DNA from: Candidatus Iainarchaeum sp.
Lineage (GTDB): Archaea; Iainarchaeota; Iainarchaeia; Iainarchaeales; DTGL01
Assembly (NCBI GenBank): GCA_026413945.1
Contig: JAOAJX010000001.1
Coordinates: 1-64,000, forward strand
DNA length: 64,000 nucleotides
Direction of reading: 5' to 3'
Part shown: in pieces, positions 1-8,692 of the stretch
Layout of the letters: each line of letters opens with the position of its first letter
How positions within the stretch are numbered: position 1 is the stretch's first letter
Position numbers and translations under genes: made by a program
The notes under the pieces: model-generated
Told to the model about the DNA's origin: nothing
What the model saw: only the letters and a program-made list of their open reading frames with translations
Database searches by the model: none

Positions 1-1753
1 TGTCAGCATATGTTGCAATCTTTATGTTTAAATTGCTATCATCATTATTTGCATTACTTTGACCTTTAATTACAGCTTTAAAATTACCTCTTGCATTTTT
101 ATCTGCATCTACTTTAACAGTTATAAGATTGCAATCGCCTCCTTCAAGAACACCTAAGCTGGATGGACTTAGCGTTATCTTAATCCAATTGTTTGTATCG
201 CCGAATACCTGTTTTGAGAAATTCGCATATTGAAGCGCCTTAAAACCTGTGTTACACGCAAAGATCTCAAGCTGTTGCTCTGAGTCTGGTAATATGGTGA
301 ATATAGTAACCTGCTGCTTTTCTGGGAAAAGAGATAATAGGCCGTTTTTATCTGGTAGAGAAAGTGTTCTTATTGAGATTCTTGAGGAATCATAGTTTAC
401 TTTGCTTAGGCCTTCGATCAGGCCATTGTAGTCGCCGTTTGCATCTTGCGGGACATTGATTGATATTTTAAGCGGTTCACAGGTTCCCTTTTGCAAAACC
501 GCTATTTTGGTAGGGCTTAAATTAACCCAGCTGTTTGCATCGCGCTCCATTGAGCGCTTGAGGTTGATATCATTGAGGTCTTTCAGGCCTAAGTTGCATG
601 CATAAATGTTAACATCCTCTCTTGAGCCCTTGAATATTGAAAGCGGGTAATATTCCGGGAAAAGGTATAATTCGCCCTCTTCTTCAGGCAGTGAAAGAAC
701 CTTTATTAAGAGGATTGATGTATCGCTGTTTACATTGCTTGTGCCATAAATTGTACCAGTGTAAATTCCATTTGCATCTTCAGGAACACTCATGGTTACT
801 TTAAACGGCACACACGTCTCCCTTGCAAGCGGGGCAATCGTTGTCTGACCCAGGGCAACCCAGCTGTTTGCATTGCGGTCCATGGAACGAGTTAGATTGA
901 CGTAGTTAAGGTCTTCCATTCCAACATTGCAGGCATAAAAGTTGATGTCCTCTGTTGTGCCCTTCAGTATGGAAATTGGGTATTGCTCTGGATAAAGCTC
1001 AAGCCAGGCCTTCTTTATTATCGTTGCAGAAACCTCTATTGTTACAGGTACAAAAATCTCATATGTCTGGTTTGGGGTTACTGCTGTGAAAACCAATGAA
1101 CCTGGATATGCTCCTGCAGCAAAGGCATCTGAATAAAAATTAAGGTCAAGGGTTTTTGAGGTGCCTGCTTCGAGCTCAAATGATGCTGTATTAATGTCAA
1201 AATTTGCATGCGTATGGCTCCAATTTTTAACTAGAGAAACCTGTGCCTTGGTGTCGCCATCATTGTATATTGTTATCTTTTCCTGCTTGTCGCCGCCTCT
1301 TGAGATATGAACAAAAATAGAAGTCCTATCTAAGTAAATTTCCTCTATACCAAAAACAACATAACCTTCTTTTGCCTCAACCCAAACCTTGTGCTCACCG
1401 GGCTTTAGCGGCAATGTACCAACTAAATTAGCGTCGGCCTTAGCATAAATATCGCTACCAGCAACATTGAAAACAATGCTGCTGCCTTCAATGCCGCTTT
1501 TGCTCGGATTAATCGCACTTGGCACGGAAAAGAAAACCTTTTTTCTCGCGCCTTCGCCTTGCCTGTAAACATCGTTTGCAGCATTTACAAGGTCGTTGAC
1601 GCTCGTAACTGCTATCTGCTGCTGCCTCTCCAGCTGAATCTCTGACAAGGATGTATTAGAGTATGCAATTATAGTTATAAGAATCACTAGACCAACTGAG
1701 AGTATAACTAGAACCTCTACTGAACTTTGGCCTTTTTGACTCTTAAAAATCAT
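1..1753 (-). CDS. Large class III signal peptide (pilin-like) surface protein with tandem Ig-like repeats; truncated by the window edge
   Basis: Hand translation from ATG 1753: MIFKSQKG|QSSVEVLVILSVGLVILITIIAY...; open to position 1; about 110-aa repeats containing LxLfPE..yACNxG..NsWv..C..DANG.Y.G. Confidence 0.85.
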   Translation of the reverse strand, partial: MIFKSQKGQSSVEVLVILSVGLVILITIIAYSNTSLSEIQLERQQQIAVTSVNDLVNAANDVYRQGEGARKKVFFSVPSAINPSKSGIEGSSIVFNVAGSDIYAKADANLVGTLPLKPGEHKVWVEAKEGYVVFGIEEIYLDRTSIFVHISRGGDKQEKITIYNDGDTKAQVSLVKNWSHTHANFDINTASFELEAGTSKTLDLNFYSDAFAAGAYPGSLVFTAVTPNQTYEIFVPVTIEVSATIIKKAWLELYPEQYPISILKGTTEDINFYACNVGMEDLNYVNLTRSMDRNANSWVALGQTTIAPLARETCVPFKVTMSVPEDANGIYTGTIYGTSNVNSDTSILLIKVLSLPEEEGELYLFPEYYPLSIFKGSREDVNIYACNLGLKDLNDINLKRSMERDANSWVNLSPTKIAVLQKGTCEPLKISINVPQDANGDYNGLIEGLSKVNYDSSRISIRTLSLPDKNGLLSLFPEKQQVTIFTILPDSEQQLEIFACNTGFKALQYANFSKQVFGDTNNWIKITLSPSSLGVLEGGDCNLITVKVDADKNARGNFKAVIKGQSNANNDDSNLNIKIATYAD

Positions 1754-1822
1754 GGTAAACACTATGAAATATTATATTTAGGAAGTTATTAATAATAACT
1801 ATTATTTGATGAGCTCGGCCAC

Positions 1823-2764
1823 TTAAAAAATCTCTACATCAGGATAAACCTTTAAGCCAGTTTCCTCAAAACCCATGGCAAGAACCTTGTTTGTATGCTT
1901 TGTGCCGCGCATCTTAAGTATTTCGCAGCAGTGAACCCTTGTGCTTTTGCCGCCTTCTTTTTTGTAATAGAGCGCGATTATTGCATCTGAGAGAAATCCA
2001 AGAGAATCTGCCTTTGTGAGGTGCACATCGGCTGGCGTCTCTGAGATAACAATTGTTGTAGTCTCCCACTTGTGCAAAAGGTCAAAAAATTCAAGTATGC
2101 TCTGCCTTTTCACATATTCATCATGGAAAAGAAGCGCATAAGATGTTATTGAGTCAACAACCAAGCGCTTTGCACCAATTTCGTTTATCGCATCCTTTAT
2201 AGGCCCGCCGCCCTCTTTCATCAGCTTTTCAACTTGATGTGGCCTATACTCTAAAACCCTAAAAAGATTTTTTTGCTCTAAGGCCTGGAAATCCCAACCA
2301 AAAACAAGCGCATGCTTGTAAAGCGACTCCCTATCCTCTTCAAAGGTTATATAAATGCCAGGCTCCTTTTTAGCAACAATGCCATAATGCATAAATTGTA
2401 GCGCAAATATTGTTTTGCCAGTTCCGGGCGCTCCAACAAGGAGAACAACAGAGCCTTTTTCAAAACCACCTTCAATCAGCTCATCAAATGATTCTACGCC
2501 TGTGGAAACTCTTTCAATAGCCCTTTGTTTTGACTGCATTTGAGGAACGCTTATCTCACCTAATTGCTGTGCACTCTTGCCGAGTATAACATTATCAAAC
2601 TTTCGTGCTTGCTGTGATGCTTCTTCCTTGAACTCTTTTTTTGTAAGATCCTCTGGCTTTACTTCCTCAAGCAGCTCTTCCTTTTTGCTATCTGGTTGTT
2701 TTTGTTCTGCACCGAGCGACTGAAACATTTTGCCAACACTGTGCTTCTCTATTTTGTCTGTCAT
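1823..2764 (-). CDS. KaiC/RAD55-like RecA-superfamily ATPase (single domain, charged N-terminal extension)
   Basis: RVSTGVESFDELIEGG, Walker A GAPGTGKT, YITFEE, RLVVDS, ILKMRGT; start moved to ATG 2764 behind a GGTG RBS. Confidence 0.9.
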   Translation of the reverse strand: MTDKIEKHSVGKMFQSLGAEQKQPDSKKEELLEEVKPEDLTKKEFKEEASQQARKFDNVILGKSAQQLGEISVPQMQSKQRAIERVSTGVESFDELIEGGFEKGSVVLLVGAPGTGKTIFALQFMHYGIVAKKEPGIYITFEEDRESLYKHALVFGWDFQALEQKNLFRVLEYRPHQVEKLMKEGGGPIKDAINEIGAKRLVVDSITSYALLFHDEYVKRQSILEFFDLLHKWETTTIVISETPADVHLTKADSLGFLSDAIIALYYKKEGGKSTRVHCCEILKMRGTKHTNKVLAMGFEETGLKVYPDVEIF

Positions 2765-2863
2765 AAAAACACCAAGAACATGGGAAAGACCAATAAATAA
2801 AAGAAATATATTAAGATTCAGATACATAAAAATTAAAATACCAACTTTGGCCAACAGAAGTTT

Positions 2864-3400
2864 TCATTTGTTCTCAGAGCGCTTTATAAGCTCTATTATT
2901 GACTTTGTTCTTGAGGCGCTCTTGTAAATTGGCTCAGTCGTAAAAAACATGTTGCGATCTCTTATAAAGCTATAAATCCCAGAAATGCTCTCGTAATAAT
3001 AGTTCTCAATGTGCTTCCTGTAAGACTCAACATCCTTGTAAACATACCTCGTGAGAAGATTCCAATTTCCAGAGCCAAGCATTCCTGAAAACCAATATAA
3101 GTGAGGGTCCTGCATTGCTTTATCAATAAAAGCATTAAAGGCCTCTTTTTGCGATAAGTCTGCCTGAAGAAGCATTGTTACTTCGAGGTTATAGCCTAAT
3201 GACCTGAAATTTATCTTTGGGCCATAGCCTTGTATAATGCCGGCTTTGCTGAGGAAATCCAAGGAACTAATTATTGTTGCCTTATGGAAACCTGTGTGCT
3301 TCTTAATTCGCTCTATGCTAGGCCTTACAGAGCCTTCTTTTAGCAGGGCTTCTAGAATTTTAACGCGTACTGAGTCTACAGCTGATTTTTTTAATACCAT
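2864..3400 (-). CDS. Lrp/AsnC family transcriptional regulator
   Basis: N-terminal HTH, L.KAGIIQGY..KINFRSLGY linker, RAM-like C-terminal domain. Confidence 0.8.
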   Translation of the reverse strand: MVLKKSAVDSVRVKILEALLKEGSVRPSIERIKKHTGFHKATIISSLDFLSKAGIIQGYGPKINFRSLGYNLEVTMLLQADLSQKEAFNAFIDKAMQDPHLYWFSGMLGSGNWNLLTRYVYKDVESYRKHIENYYYESISGIYSFIRDRNMFFTTEPIYKSASRTKSIIELIKRSENK

Positions 3401-3444
3401 AATATCACCACAGTATTATAATAGTACATTAATAGAAATTAAAA

Positions 3445-3461
3445 ATGTAATTTTATTACAT
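3445..3461. promoter_or_regulatory. Palindromic operator ATGTAAT-TTT-ATTACAT (Lrp/FFRP-type) between divergent promoters
   Basis: Perfect 7-bp inverted repeat with TTT core, 45 bp upstream of the lrp start; TTTATATA TATA-like box at about 3480 on the + strand. Confidence 0.55.
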
Positions 3462-3627
3462 ATTATTAGCATAAATTGCTTTATATAGGTTAGTAGATAA
3501 TATATACGCAAAACCAAAAGGAGGGTTGTTGCAAGAACCAAAGTCAATTAGAGGGATGGGGCAGCTCACCAGGCTAAAATGGTTTCTGAAGAGGCCCCTT
3601 CTTCCTCTAATTCTTTTTCTGATATAC

Positions 3628-4467
3628 TTAGCATTTGTTGAAATCACTGTAAAGTTGCTTTAGTTCATTAATCGAGGAAATCATTTCTGACTGCAGATCG
3701 TAGAGTTCTTTGGTTTCTAAGCTGAGGGATTCGAGCTCAACAATTATATTTTCTGCTTCTGAAACAAGAGTATTTGCTTCCTCTATTTTCTTATAAAAAT
3801 CAGCAATGTTATTGCAATCAACCCTTTCGAAATCAATTTCTTCAAAAAAGGCCTTTGACTTTTGGTATAGAAAACACTCTTCACCAAGAATTGCTTTGAT
3901 TCTCGCTTTATTCTTTAAAATGTTAAAGCCATTTTCATCTATAAGCAATGAATTCACTCTTAGCTCTTTTGCTTCTACCGGATATCTTAAAGAAAAAGCG
4001 CGAACATTGCTATTGCTCTTTTCAGCCATTGATGAGAGTTCTTTTAGGTCATTAGCAATGCCTGAAAATGATTTTAGGTAAGAGCATTCTGTGGATGAAG
4101 CTTTGCTTATTTCAACAGAAACGCTTTCATTCAATAGCAGTGCATTTCTTGAGCTCAGTACAATTATTTTTTTCTTTAAAAATTCTGCAAAATCGCATTG
4201 CATTGACCAATACTCCTTCATAATGCCGGAGCTTGAATCCTGCAGAGACTTTGCTTTTTTCAAAACAGAGCTAATTTCTGAGAGGAATCTTTCTTTTTCC
4301 AACTCATTAATATCGCTTACGTCTGTGCTCTTGAGCTTTTCCAAATCAATCCCTTGCCAGATGTCTTCTGCTTTTCTATTAGTTTGAATGCAGCCAATAA
4401 TAAAGAGGAAAAGCAATAAACATGTTACAAAAAAAAGTGTGGGCCTCTGCCAATAACCCATTATCAT
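3628..4467 (-). CDS. Putative lipoprotein, helical/coiled-coil, unknown function
   Basis: Hydrophobic N-terminus ending in lipobox-like FIIGC; overlaps the topA stop. Confidence 0.65.
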   Translation of the reverse strand: MIMGYWQRPTLFFVTCLLLFLFIIGCIQTNRKAEDIWQGIDLEKLKSTDVSDINELEKERFLSEISSVLKKAKSLQDSSSGIMKEYWSMQCDFAEFLKKKIIVLSSRNALLLNESVSVEISKASSTECSYLKSFSGIANDLKELSSMAEKSNSNVRAFSLRYPVEAKELRVNSLLIDENGFNILKNKARIKAILGEECFLYQKSKAFFEEIDFERVDCNNIADFYKKIEEANTLVSEAENIIVELESLSLETKELYDLQSEMISSINELKQLYSDFNKC

Positions 4468-6521
4468 TTGGATTCACGCTCATTATCTTTTGGGGTTTCG
4501 CTTTTAGCTTTCCATGAACTCTTGCTCGGACAATTTGGATCAATGCACATTTCATAGCGGAAGTTCCTTGAGGTGACTTTTATCATCGGCTTTTGGCAGA
4601 TTGTGCATTTCTTTTCTAAAGGCTCTATCTTGCCTTTTTGTGGTAGGGGGTATGTTATGCGGCATTCTGGGTAATTTGTGCAGCCAAGAAAGCGCTTCCC
4701 GTTTTTGCTGTTTCTCAGAAGAAGCGCTCCCTCACAACCAGCTCTCGTGCATTGAAACTGCTTTCTATCCGCCATCAGTGCTTCCCTTAGTGCTTCACCT
4801 ATCTCTTGCTTTTTATCGAGAAGATCCTCCAATGCTTTTTCTAACATCCTTCTTGACTCTTCAACAACTTCGTCTTTTTCTTTCTTTCCTATAGCTATTT
4901 CGTCCATTTCTTTCTCAATTTGTGCAGTCATGTCTGGCTTGATTATCGCACTTTCCTGCTTCTCAAGAGCGTCAACAGTTGCGAATGCAATCTTATTTGG
5001 AATTATTGCCTTGTTTCCCTTTATATAGCCCCTAGCATATAGCTTCTGTATTATCTCATGCCTTGTTGATTTTGTGCCAAGGCCAAGATCTGCCATTAGT
5101 TTTATTAAGGCACCTTGCGAATACCTTGGCTTTGGCTTTGTTTCTTTTTCATGGATTTTCATTTCAATCAGTTTTACAAGAGATCCTTCCTTAAGTGAAG
5201 GAAGTATTATTTCTTCTGTGCTGCTATAAGGGTAAATCTTTTTCCAGCCGAGCTTAAGGTAGCGCTTTCCTGTCGCAACGAAAGGCTCCTTTCCAACTAA
5301 AATCTCTGCGTTTATAAATTCAGCCAACGCATCTTCTCCAAGAGTTGCCAAAAAGTGCCTACTTATGAGTTCATATATTTTAGCGTGATTACCACTTAAT
5401 TGGGTCTTGGGGAGATCAACAGGATGTATTGGCGGATGATCCTTAGTTGCCTTTCCTGATGAAGGCAAAATCTTCCTTTTTAGTATTTCATTGCAGTATT
5501 CTGAAAATTCTTTTTTTAAAGACAGCTTTTCAACAATTTTTTTCAGGCCTATTGTTGCAGGATAAGCTTCATTATCAGTCCTTGGGTAGCTGATGTAACC
5601 TAACTGATAAAGTTCCTCAGCTATATTCATCGCTTGGGGCGCTGAAATTCCTATCGAGCTGGCTGCTTTCAAAAAAGAAGTTGTGTTAAAAGGCAATGGG
5701 CGTTTTATGACTTTTTCTGAAACAATTACCCTTGCAACCAGACCCATTGGTTCCTTGCTTTTTAGGACCTCAATTGCCTTTTCTTTTTCCCAGAATCTAC
5801 CTTCTTTATGAATCGCATTGAAGCGCTTGCCATCTTTTTCAAATATAGCCTCTACTTCCCAATATGGCTTTGGCTTAAATGCAAGGATTTCCTTTTCTCT
5901 GTCAACAATTAATGCCAAAACAGGGCTTTGGACTCTGCCAGCAGAAAGAAATTCCTTGCCTAATTGCCCAGAAACTATTGAAAGAAATCTTGTTAGCACG
6001 GCACCCCATATTAGGTCTGTTTCACGCCTTGCATTTGCGGAATTTGCGAGATTAAAGTCAAGCTTAGTTGGTTTCTTAAATGCTTCTTCAATATCCTGCT
6101 TGGTTATCGCAGAGAAAACAACTCTCTTTGTCTTTATTGCCGGGTTTGCTTCATGAGCGCATTGCAATGCTTCAAGAGCAATGCTTTCGCCCTCACGGTC
6201 ATAATCTGTGGCAAATATTATTTCATCGGCATCTTTTGCATACTTTATAAGCGCCGATATTATGTTTTTTTCTCTTTTCACATACTCAATATCACTAAAA
6301 ACAAGTTTGCGTAAATCTGTGCCAATCCATGGTGAATATTGCTTAGGAAAATCAACGTCAAGTATGTGGCCACGAAGTGGAACAACCACATATTCTTCAC
6401 CAGCTCTAAAAAAATGATAAGCTGGCGCATTGCCAACCCGCTCTTCATGAACATTGCTATCAGCCAGAAGCTCCGCAATTCTCCTTCCAGCAATGTTTTT
6501 TTCAGCAATGATTAGCTTCAC
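4464..6521 (-). CDS. topA: DNA topoisomerase IA
   Basis: TOPRIM IIAEK, ATDYDREGE, SAGRVQSP, catalytic ISYPRTD, GLGTKSTR, C-terminal Zn ribbons; probable GTG start 6521. Confidence 0.96.
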   Translation of the reverse strand: MKLIIAEKNIAGRRIAELLADSNVHEERVGNAPAYHFFRAGEEYVVVPLRGHILDVDFPKQYSPWIGTDLRKLVFSDIEYVKREKNIISALIKYAKDADEIIFATDYDREGESIALEALQCAHEANPAIKTKRVVFSAITKQDIEEAFKKPTKLDFNLANSANARRETDLIWGAVLTRFLSIVSGQLGKEFLSAGRVQSPVLALIVDREKEILAFKPKPYWEVEAIFEKDGKRFNAIHKEGRFWEKEKAIEVLKSKEPMGLVARVIVSEKVIKRPLPFNTTSFLKAASSIGISAPQAMNIAEELYQLGYISYPRTDNEAYPATIGLKKIVEKLSLKKEFSEYCNEILKRKILPSSGKATKDHPPIHPVDLPKTQLSGNHAKIYELISRHFLATLGEDALAEFINAEILVGKEPFVATGKRYLKLGWKKIYPYSSTEEIILPSLKEGSLVKLIEMKIHEKETKPKPRYSQGALIKLMADLGLGTKSTRHEIIQKLYARGYIKGNKAIIPNKIAFATVDALEKQESAIIKPDMTAQIEKEMDEIAIGKKEKDEVVEESRRMLEKALEDLLDKKQEIGEALREALMADRKQFQCTRAGCEGALLLRNSKNGKRFLGCTNYPECRITYPLPQKGKIEPLEKKCTICQKPMIKVTSRNFRYEMCIDPNCPSKSSWKAKSETPKDNERESK

Positions 6522-6624
6522 TTTACCACTAAAATAGCTATTTGTGTGCAAAACATAAAAAAGGTAGAGGTCTTAGAAACAGGTAAACGGAAATTAGGAT
6601 AAAAGTTTTTTTAGATTAGATTTC

Positions 6625-7098
6625 CTAAAACCTTTTTTGCATTACGCTTGCTGGCAGAGTATTTGTCTTTCTCACTTCATCAAGGACGACAAGCGTTTTC
6701 ATATCCATAACGCCGCTTATAGAACTTAAGCGCTCTACAAAATCCTTAACTGATGAAAGGTCTGGAAGGACTGCCTTTACAAGAAGATTATATTCCCCCA
6801 AAACTTGGTATATCTCCAAAACATGCTCAAAAGACTCTATGCGCTTGAGAACATCTTTTGTCTGCGCTAGTTCAGTCCTAAGCTGCAAATAAACCGGCTT
6901 CTCAAAGCCGAGCACGCCATAGTTTACCTCTGCTCTTATGGCCTTTATTATGCCTCGCCTTTTCAATGAATCGACACGCTTTCTTATTGCAACATCAGTA
7001 AGTTGGGCTTCCTTTGCAATTGCCTTGTAGCTTGTGCGACCATCTTCCAAAAGCTTCTTTAGTATAAGAACCTCAATCCTATCAAGAGACGCTATCAT
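6625..7098 (-). CDS. Lrp/AsnC family transcriptional regulator
   Basis: LLEDGRTSYKAIAKE..AIRKRVDSLKRRGIIK, VLGEYNLLVK. Confidence 0.93.
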   Translation of the reverse strand: MIASLDRIEVLILKKLLEDGRTSYKAIAKEAQLTDVAIRKRVDSLKRRGIIKAIRAEVNYGVLGFEKPVYLQLRTELAQTKDVLKRIESFEHVLEIYQVLGEYNLLVKAVLPDLSSVKDFVERLSSISGVMDMKTLVVLDEVRKTNTLPASVMQKRF

Positions 7099-7883
7099 TT
7101 TATCAAAACCTGCCTTTTTATAAGGTCAAATTTAAGCATATAGAAAAAAGTCTTAAGTATTTCAATGAAAGGCACCACAAATACAAGAGTTATTGCTATT
7201 GAAATCACTTGTCCAACAATGAACTCGCTTGCAACTAATGAACCAAAAACACCTGTAAGTGCAACCATGTCAAGAATAAATTCTATAAGGCCAACAAGAA
7301 GCAGCAATGCTGCCATCAAAAAAACAACTTTTAAAGCAATCACTGGGTTTTTTCTCACAAAAGAGGCGCTTTCGGCAAGCGCTGTTTCTAAAGAGACTTC
7401 ATCAATAACTATTGCTTGAGGCACGAACATAAAAAAAATTGAAATGATGAAAACAAATACTAAAAAGGCCACTAGAAGGTTTAAGCTTATGGAAGACAAA
7501 ATTAGTGCAGGGATAAAAACCAAGGCAAGTATAATGGCATAAAAGCCAAATATCTTAAAAGCAAATTTACTTACCATTTCTTTTAAGTAAAAATGAACCT
7601 TCACCTTGCTGAGGTCTCGCCTCACAGCTAGGCATATAAGACCTATCAAAAAGGAATAGAAGAATAGGAAAACTAGGGCTAAGATGAAAATAGGTATTGC
7701 TTGTGTGCTAAGCATATAGTCAATGAGTATGGTGCCAGAAGAAAGCGTAATACCTGTTTCAAAAAAAGGCACCCTAAAAAACGGAATTATGAATACTGGC
7801 ACAAAAGCCAGCAAAAGTGCAAATAATAGGCATATTTTAAAATTACTCTTATATTCTTGAAAAGACTTTGAAATGACATCCAT
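7095..7883 (-). CDS. Multi-pass membrane protein (DUF7847/GDPD-membrane-domain-like)
   Basis: About 6 TM segments; FVPQAIVIDE..ALAESASFVR motif. Confidence 0.7.
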   Translation of the reverse strand: MDVISKSFQEYKSNFKICLLFALLLAFVPVFIIPFFRVPFFETGITLSSGTILIDYMLSTQAIPIFILALVFLFFYSFLIGLICLAVRRDLSKVKVHFYLKEMVSKFAFKIFGFYAIILALVFIPALILSSISLNLLVAFLVFVFIISIFFMFVPQAIVIDEVSLETALAESASFVRKNPVIALKVVFLMAALLLLVGLIEFILDMVALTGVFGSLVASEFIVGQVISIAITLVFVVPFIEILKTFFYMLKFDLIKRQVLIK

Positions 7884-7941
7884 AGATGTAATTTAACAGA
7901 AAAAGCTATTTAAACAAAACGCACCTAAAAAATCGGTTATT

Positions 7942-8586
7942 ATGATCGAAATTGTAACAGGACCAATGTTCAGCGGCAAATCTGAAGAGCTGATGAGGCG
8001 AATAAGGCGCCTTCGGATTGCAGGCAGGAAAGTAAAGGTTTTCTCACCAGAGATTGATTTTAGGGGCGGAAAAAACTGCATATACTCTCACGATGATAGG
8101 CGCATAGAAGCTATACCAATAAACAACAGCTCTGAGATAATGGAACATCTTGAAAAGGACACGAGAGCTGTTGGAATAGATGAGATACAATTTTTAGATG
8201 ATGGAATAATTGACATTGCAATTGAATTGGCTGAGAGAGACTTTGATGTTATACTTGCATGCCTCAACCTTGATTTTCGTGGTGAGCCTTTTAGGTTTAG
8301 AAATTCAGAAAGGACAGTAGCTGAAATAATAGCTTTAAGTGAATCCGTAACAAAGCTTCATGCAATATGCACTGAAAAATTAAAAGTAAATGGCACAGAA
8401 AGTATCTGTGGTAGAAACGCATATTTCACTCAGCGCTTAATAAATGGTAAGCCAGCCCCCTATAACAGCCCACTTATTGTAGTTGGGAGTGAGGACTTAT
8501 ATGTAGCAAGATGCAGAAAACACCACAAAGTTCCGGGAAAGCCAAAAGAGTTGAAAAGGCGGTTTGAATTCCAAACTGAATATTAA
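7942..8586 (+). CDS. tdk: Thymidine kinase
   Basis: GPMFSGKSEEL, GIDEIQF, LDFRGEPF, Y.ARCRKHH. Confidence 0.96.
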   Translation: MIEIVTGPMFSGKSEELMRRIRRLRIAGRKVKVFSPEIDFRGGKNCIYSHDDRRIEAIPINNSSEIMEHLEKDTRAVGIDEIQFLDDGIIDIAIELAERDFDVILACLNLDFRGEPFRFRNSERTVAEIIALSESVTKLHAICTEKLKVNGTESICGRNAYFTQRLINGKPAPYNSPLIVVGSEDLYVARCRKHHKVPGKPKELKRRFEFQTEY

Positions 8587-8692
8587 TAAATTCAAAACGC
8601 AGCTCAATCATTTTAATCTCCCAACACTGCTTTTCATAGGAAATAAACTCAGCAAAGTTTAATGCAAACTTTGTAGCATAGATGGGGTAAGC

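Noticed and set aside
340-1010. Repeated DNA segments that might suggest a CRISPR array or mobile repeat
   Set aside because: Degenerate in-frame repeats about 330 bp apart inside a coding sequence; no repeat-spacer periodicity.
3546-3612. Resemblance to a fluoride (crcB) riboswitch (GAUGGGGC...CUGA..GCCCCU)
   Set aside because: P1 pairing and spacing do not fit, and no fluoride-related gene follows; kept only as an unexplained hairpin.
8587-8692. Replication origin near mcm
   Set aside because: Only about 100 bp, with no ORB-like G-string repeats and no orc1/cdc6 in the window.
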